53,982 bases of DNA from a virus. Where the stretch lies: the IMG/VR virus record IMGVR_UViG_3300028840_003311; one strand, written 5' to 3'. The first letter of the stretch is position 1, and each line of letters begins with the position of its first letter. The notes under the pieces are model-generated. The model had not been told where the DNA came from. It was given only the letters and a program-made list of their open reading frames with translations, and did not search any database. Shown in pieces: positions 52,023 to 53,982 of the stretch. The translations under genes were made by a program, and so were the position numbers.

Positions 52023-52700
52023 ATGAAACGCATCACTGCGGTAGCCATGTGCCTACTGGCCCTTGTGGCCTTGGCGGGCTGCCGCCAAACGCCCACGCCG
52101 GAACCAACTCTAGACCTGGGCGACATCGGCGCGCGGGGAGGCTCTCCAAGAGAGCGTATCTGTATCAACTGCGCGGATGACAGTTACATCAGGCTGGGCG
52201 GCGACCTGCTCTTTTACTCGGACAACCTGACCACGCAAACCATCGGCTTGGCTGGGGATACGGGCAACGTAACGCTGGCCACGGGTGACCTGACCTTGAC
52301 GGCGGGCGACCTGGGCCTTACGGCCGGCAGCGCGACCTTGACGGCGGGCGACCTGACCATTACGGCCGGGGACCTTACGCTCAGCGACGGCGACCTTGTG
52401 GTGGCCGACGACCTACGCATCACCGCCCAAACCAGCATCACCGTAACAAACGGCGCGGCGTTCACGCCCACGGGGACCTACACGCCCATCGCGGCGGCGG
52501 GCGAGGTTACGCCCACCATCACGGCGGGCGCCACTGCGGGCAACCTGGCCATCATCGTGAACACGTCGGACCAGACGGTGAACCTGGCGGACAGCGGAAC
52601 CTTGATGCTGACGGCGGCCTTTGCGATGGGCCAGTATGATGTCCTGACACTGCTCAGCGATGGGACAAACTGGCTGGAAGTCAGCAGGGCGAACAACTGA
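52023..52700 (+). CDS. Predicted lipoprotein with 7-residue (TAGDLTL-type) tandem repeats
   Basis: MKRITAVAMCLLALVALAGC is a signal peptide II with lipobox LAGC. There are at least six consecutive heptads (21-nt DNA periodicity at about 52255-52400). Confidence 0.65.
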   Translation: MKRITAVAMCLLALVALAGCRQTPTPEPTLDLGDIGARGGSPRERICINCADDSYIRLGGDLLFYSDNLTTQTIGLAGDTGNVTLATGDLTLTAGDLGLTAGSATLTAGDLTITAGDLTLSDGDLVVADDLRITAQTSITVTNGAAFTPTGTYTPIAAAGEVTPTITAGATAGNLAIIVNTSDQTVNLADSGTLMLTAAFAMGQYDVLTLLSDGTNWLEVSRANN

Positions 52701-53026
52701 TGGGCAGCGGGCGGTACAAGAAATGGGTGGCTTGGGTGTTTTTGGCGCTTTTGTTCGCCGTAGCGGCCTGCTCGGCAGGAGGCGATGACGCCCAGGCGGA
52801 GGACCTTGGCCGCGAGACAGAAATCCGCCTGGCCGAGCCTGGCCAAACGCCAGAGGCGGAATACCTGGTTATCATCTTGACGTCTGGCGGGCCAGTCGCC
52901 CTACAGGAGAGCGAGGGCCTGCAATTGCAGGCCGTAGCAGGCGCCCAGGCCGGGGACGTCATCGAGTTTGAAATGGGTGGCCAGCCCGTTACGCTGAGCG
53001 TGGGGCGGCCACAAGCAAAACCATAG
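52700..53026 (+). CDS. Predicted small lipoprotein
   Basis: KKWVAWVFLALLFAVAAC has a lipobox-like VAAC. The ATG shares one base with the upstream stop (TGATG). Confidence 0.55.
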   Translation: MGSGRYKKWVAWVFLALLFAVAACSAGGDDAQAEDLGRETEIRLAEPGQTPEAEYLVIILTSGGPVALQESEGLQLQAVAGAQAGDVIEFEMGGQPVTLSVGRPQAKP

Positions 53027-53058
53027 AAAGGGCGCCGAGCGCGCCTAAGGAGTACAAT

Positions 53059-53478
53059 GTGACTGAGTTGTCGGCTGACAAAAGTAACGTTATTCGGCTC
53101 CCGTTCTATATCGCGGACGCGGCAGCCTCGCAGACGGCGGTAGCCTTGTCGCCTCCGGGCGAGGCTACGGCGACAGATGTCGCGGAGCAACCTATCCCGT
53201 GGAAAGGCTCTATCGTGGGCCTCTCGGTGGCCGTGGAGGCTGCCCGGACGGCGGGGACCCTCACCTTGCAGCCCACCATCAATGGGACTGCCCACGGCGA
53301 CGGCGTGATCATTGACGACGACCCAACCCAGTACAACACGGTGACCTACGCCAGGGGGACTTACCAGTTCACGGCGGGCCAGCGCATCGGGATGGACATG
53401 ACCACAGACGCCTCCTGGGCGGCGGGGACCACGCCCAGTGTCGTGGGATGTGTGTTTGTCCATATCGAGGAACAATAA
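53059..53478 (+). CDS. Hypothetical head-module protein
   Basis: GTG after AAGGAG. 139 aa. Confidence 0.55.
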   Translation: MTELSADKSNVIRLPFYIADAAASQTAVALSPPGEATATDVAEQPIPWKGSIVGLSVAVEAARTAGTLTLQPTINGTAHGDGVIIDDDPTQYNTVTYARGTYQFTAGQRIGMDMTTDASWAAGTTPSVVGCVFVHIEEQ

Positions 53479-53708
53479 TGGCGTCAGAAATGGTGACGCT
53501 CAGGACTCTGGCGCCCTATCGTAGCGCGACGGAGCAGTGGGCGGAGGGTGTGCAGTTCGACACTACACCTGAGCATGCGGCCTGGCTGCAGCGCGATGCG
53601 CCGGGTGTCTTTGAGATCGTGGCGCCACAAGCGTCCGCCAGGCCCAAACCCAGGCGGACGCCAAAACGAACCACGACCGTCGAGCCAGATGAAGTGACAA
53701 CGAAGTAA
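53478..53708 (+). CDS. Small hypothetical protein with basic C-terminus
   Basis: ATG 53478 overlaps the upstream TAA (TAATG). Track ORF 53448-53708 trimmed. Confidence 0.5.
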   Translation: MASEMVTLRTLAPYRSATEQWAEGVQFDTTPEHAAWLQRDAPGVFEIVAPQASARPKPRRTPKRTTTVEPDEVTTK

Positions 53709-53710
53709 CC

Positions 53711-53737
53711 GGATGGCCTGGGCAAGCCAGGCCATCC
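53711..53737 (+). terminator. Perfect 11-bp stem hairpin (terminator-like, no clear U-tract)
   Basis: GGATGGCCTGG-gcaag-CCAGGCCATCC, located 3 nt after the stop at 53708. Confidence 0.45.
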
Positions 53738-53754
53738 ATTAAAAGAGGCGCTTT

Positions 53755-53982
53755 ATGTATGTAACAGGGCAAAGCCGGGGGATTGTCAATATCCCCGGTG
53801 GCTGGATATATGCCTTGTTCCCCATGGGCGCGGAAGTGGTCGAGTACCACTTGCGGGCCACGTGGAACAGCGCAGACGACCAAGGTTATGACGATGAACA
53901 GGTCTTGGACACCGTAGCAGAGGGCGTCGAGGACGGCTCCTTGGTCGTCAACGAGGATACGAATCGGACCTGGACAGTAGAA
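53755..53982 (+). CDS. 5' part of the LamG-like structural gene that continues at window position 1
   Basis: ATG 53755 after AAAAGAGG. No stop before the window end. In frame with 1-1260 through the 144-bp overlap. Confidence 0.6.
   Translation, partial: MYVTGQSRGIVNIPGGWIYALFPMGAEVVEYHLRATWNSADDQGYDDEQVLDTVAEGVEDGSLVVNEDTNRTWTVE
53839..53982. repeat. Terminal redundancy (identical to 1-144)
   Basis: See the feature at 1-144. Confidence 0.9.

Noticed and set aside
1-53982. Searched by eye for an integrase/attP, CI-like repressor, tRNA genes, DNA polymerase and replicative helicase
   Set aside because: No tyrosine or serine recombinase motifs, tRNA-like cloverleaf segments, polymerase motifs or helicase motifs were recognised. 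Absence cannot be proven without profile searches, since many early ORFs remain unassigned.

Overview
The window is a complete, circularly closed genome of a high-GC tailed phage with siphovirus-type tail genes. It has about 53,838 bp of unique sequence, and bases 1-144 are repeated exactly at 53839-53982. Two divergent transcription arms start at about 38.9 kb. The rightward (+) arm runs from 38.95 kb across the window junction to 15.18 kb. It encodes a membrane-anchored DPBB-like protein, then a six-gene cassette (ParB-like, two radical SAM, three GT-A-like glycosyltransferases). After that come small and large terminase, a portal-MuF fusion, prohead protease, major capsid protein, two predicted lipoproteins and head-tail proteins. 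The arm ends with the tail tube, a G/GT frameshifted chaperone, tape measure, a 1073-aa tail fibre, and a GH/CBM/holin-like lysis region. The leftward (-) arm runs from 38.83 kb down to 15.24 kb and carries about 40 early genes. Recognisable products are an ArdC-like protein, two Rmf-like proteins, a VRR-NUC nuclease, a GIY-YIG-like protein, a wHTH initiator-like protein and a DnaC-like loader. It also encodes a Rad52-like annealase, a DnaQ-like exonuclease and a membrane-anchored FtsK/SpoIIIE-like ATPase with flanking membrane proteins. This arm is punctuated by six near-identical sigma70-type promoters and a family of GGGCGCCC-based intergenic hairpins. The two arms converge on a bidirectional terminator at 15206-15239. 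A perfect 88-bp inverted repeat sits at 3714-3801 and 35854-35941. I recognised no integrase, repressor, DNA polymerase, tRNA or CRISPR array. All functional calls come from motifs read by eye in the supplied translations and are not database hits. Many long ORFs in the six-frame track are antisense or off-frame shadows typical of high-GC DNA.
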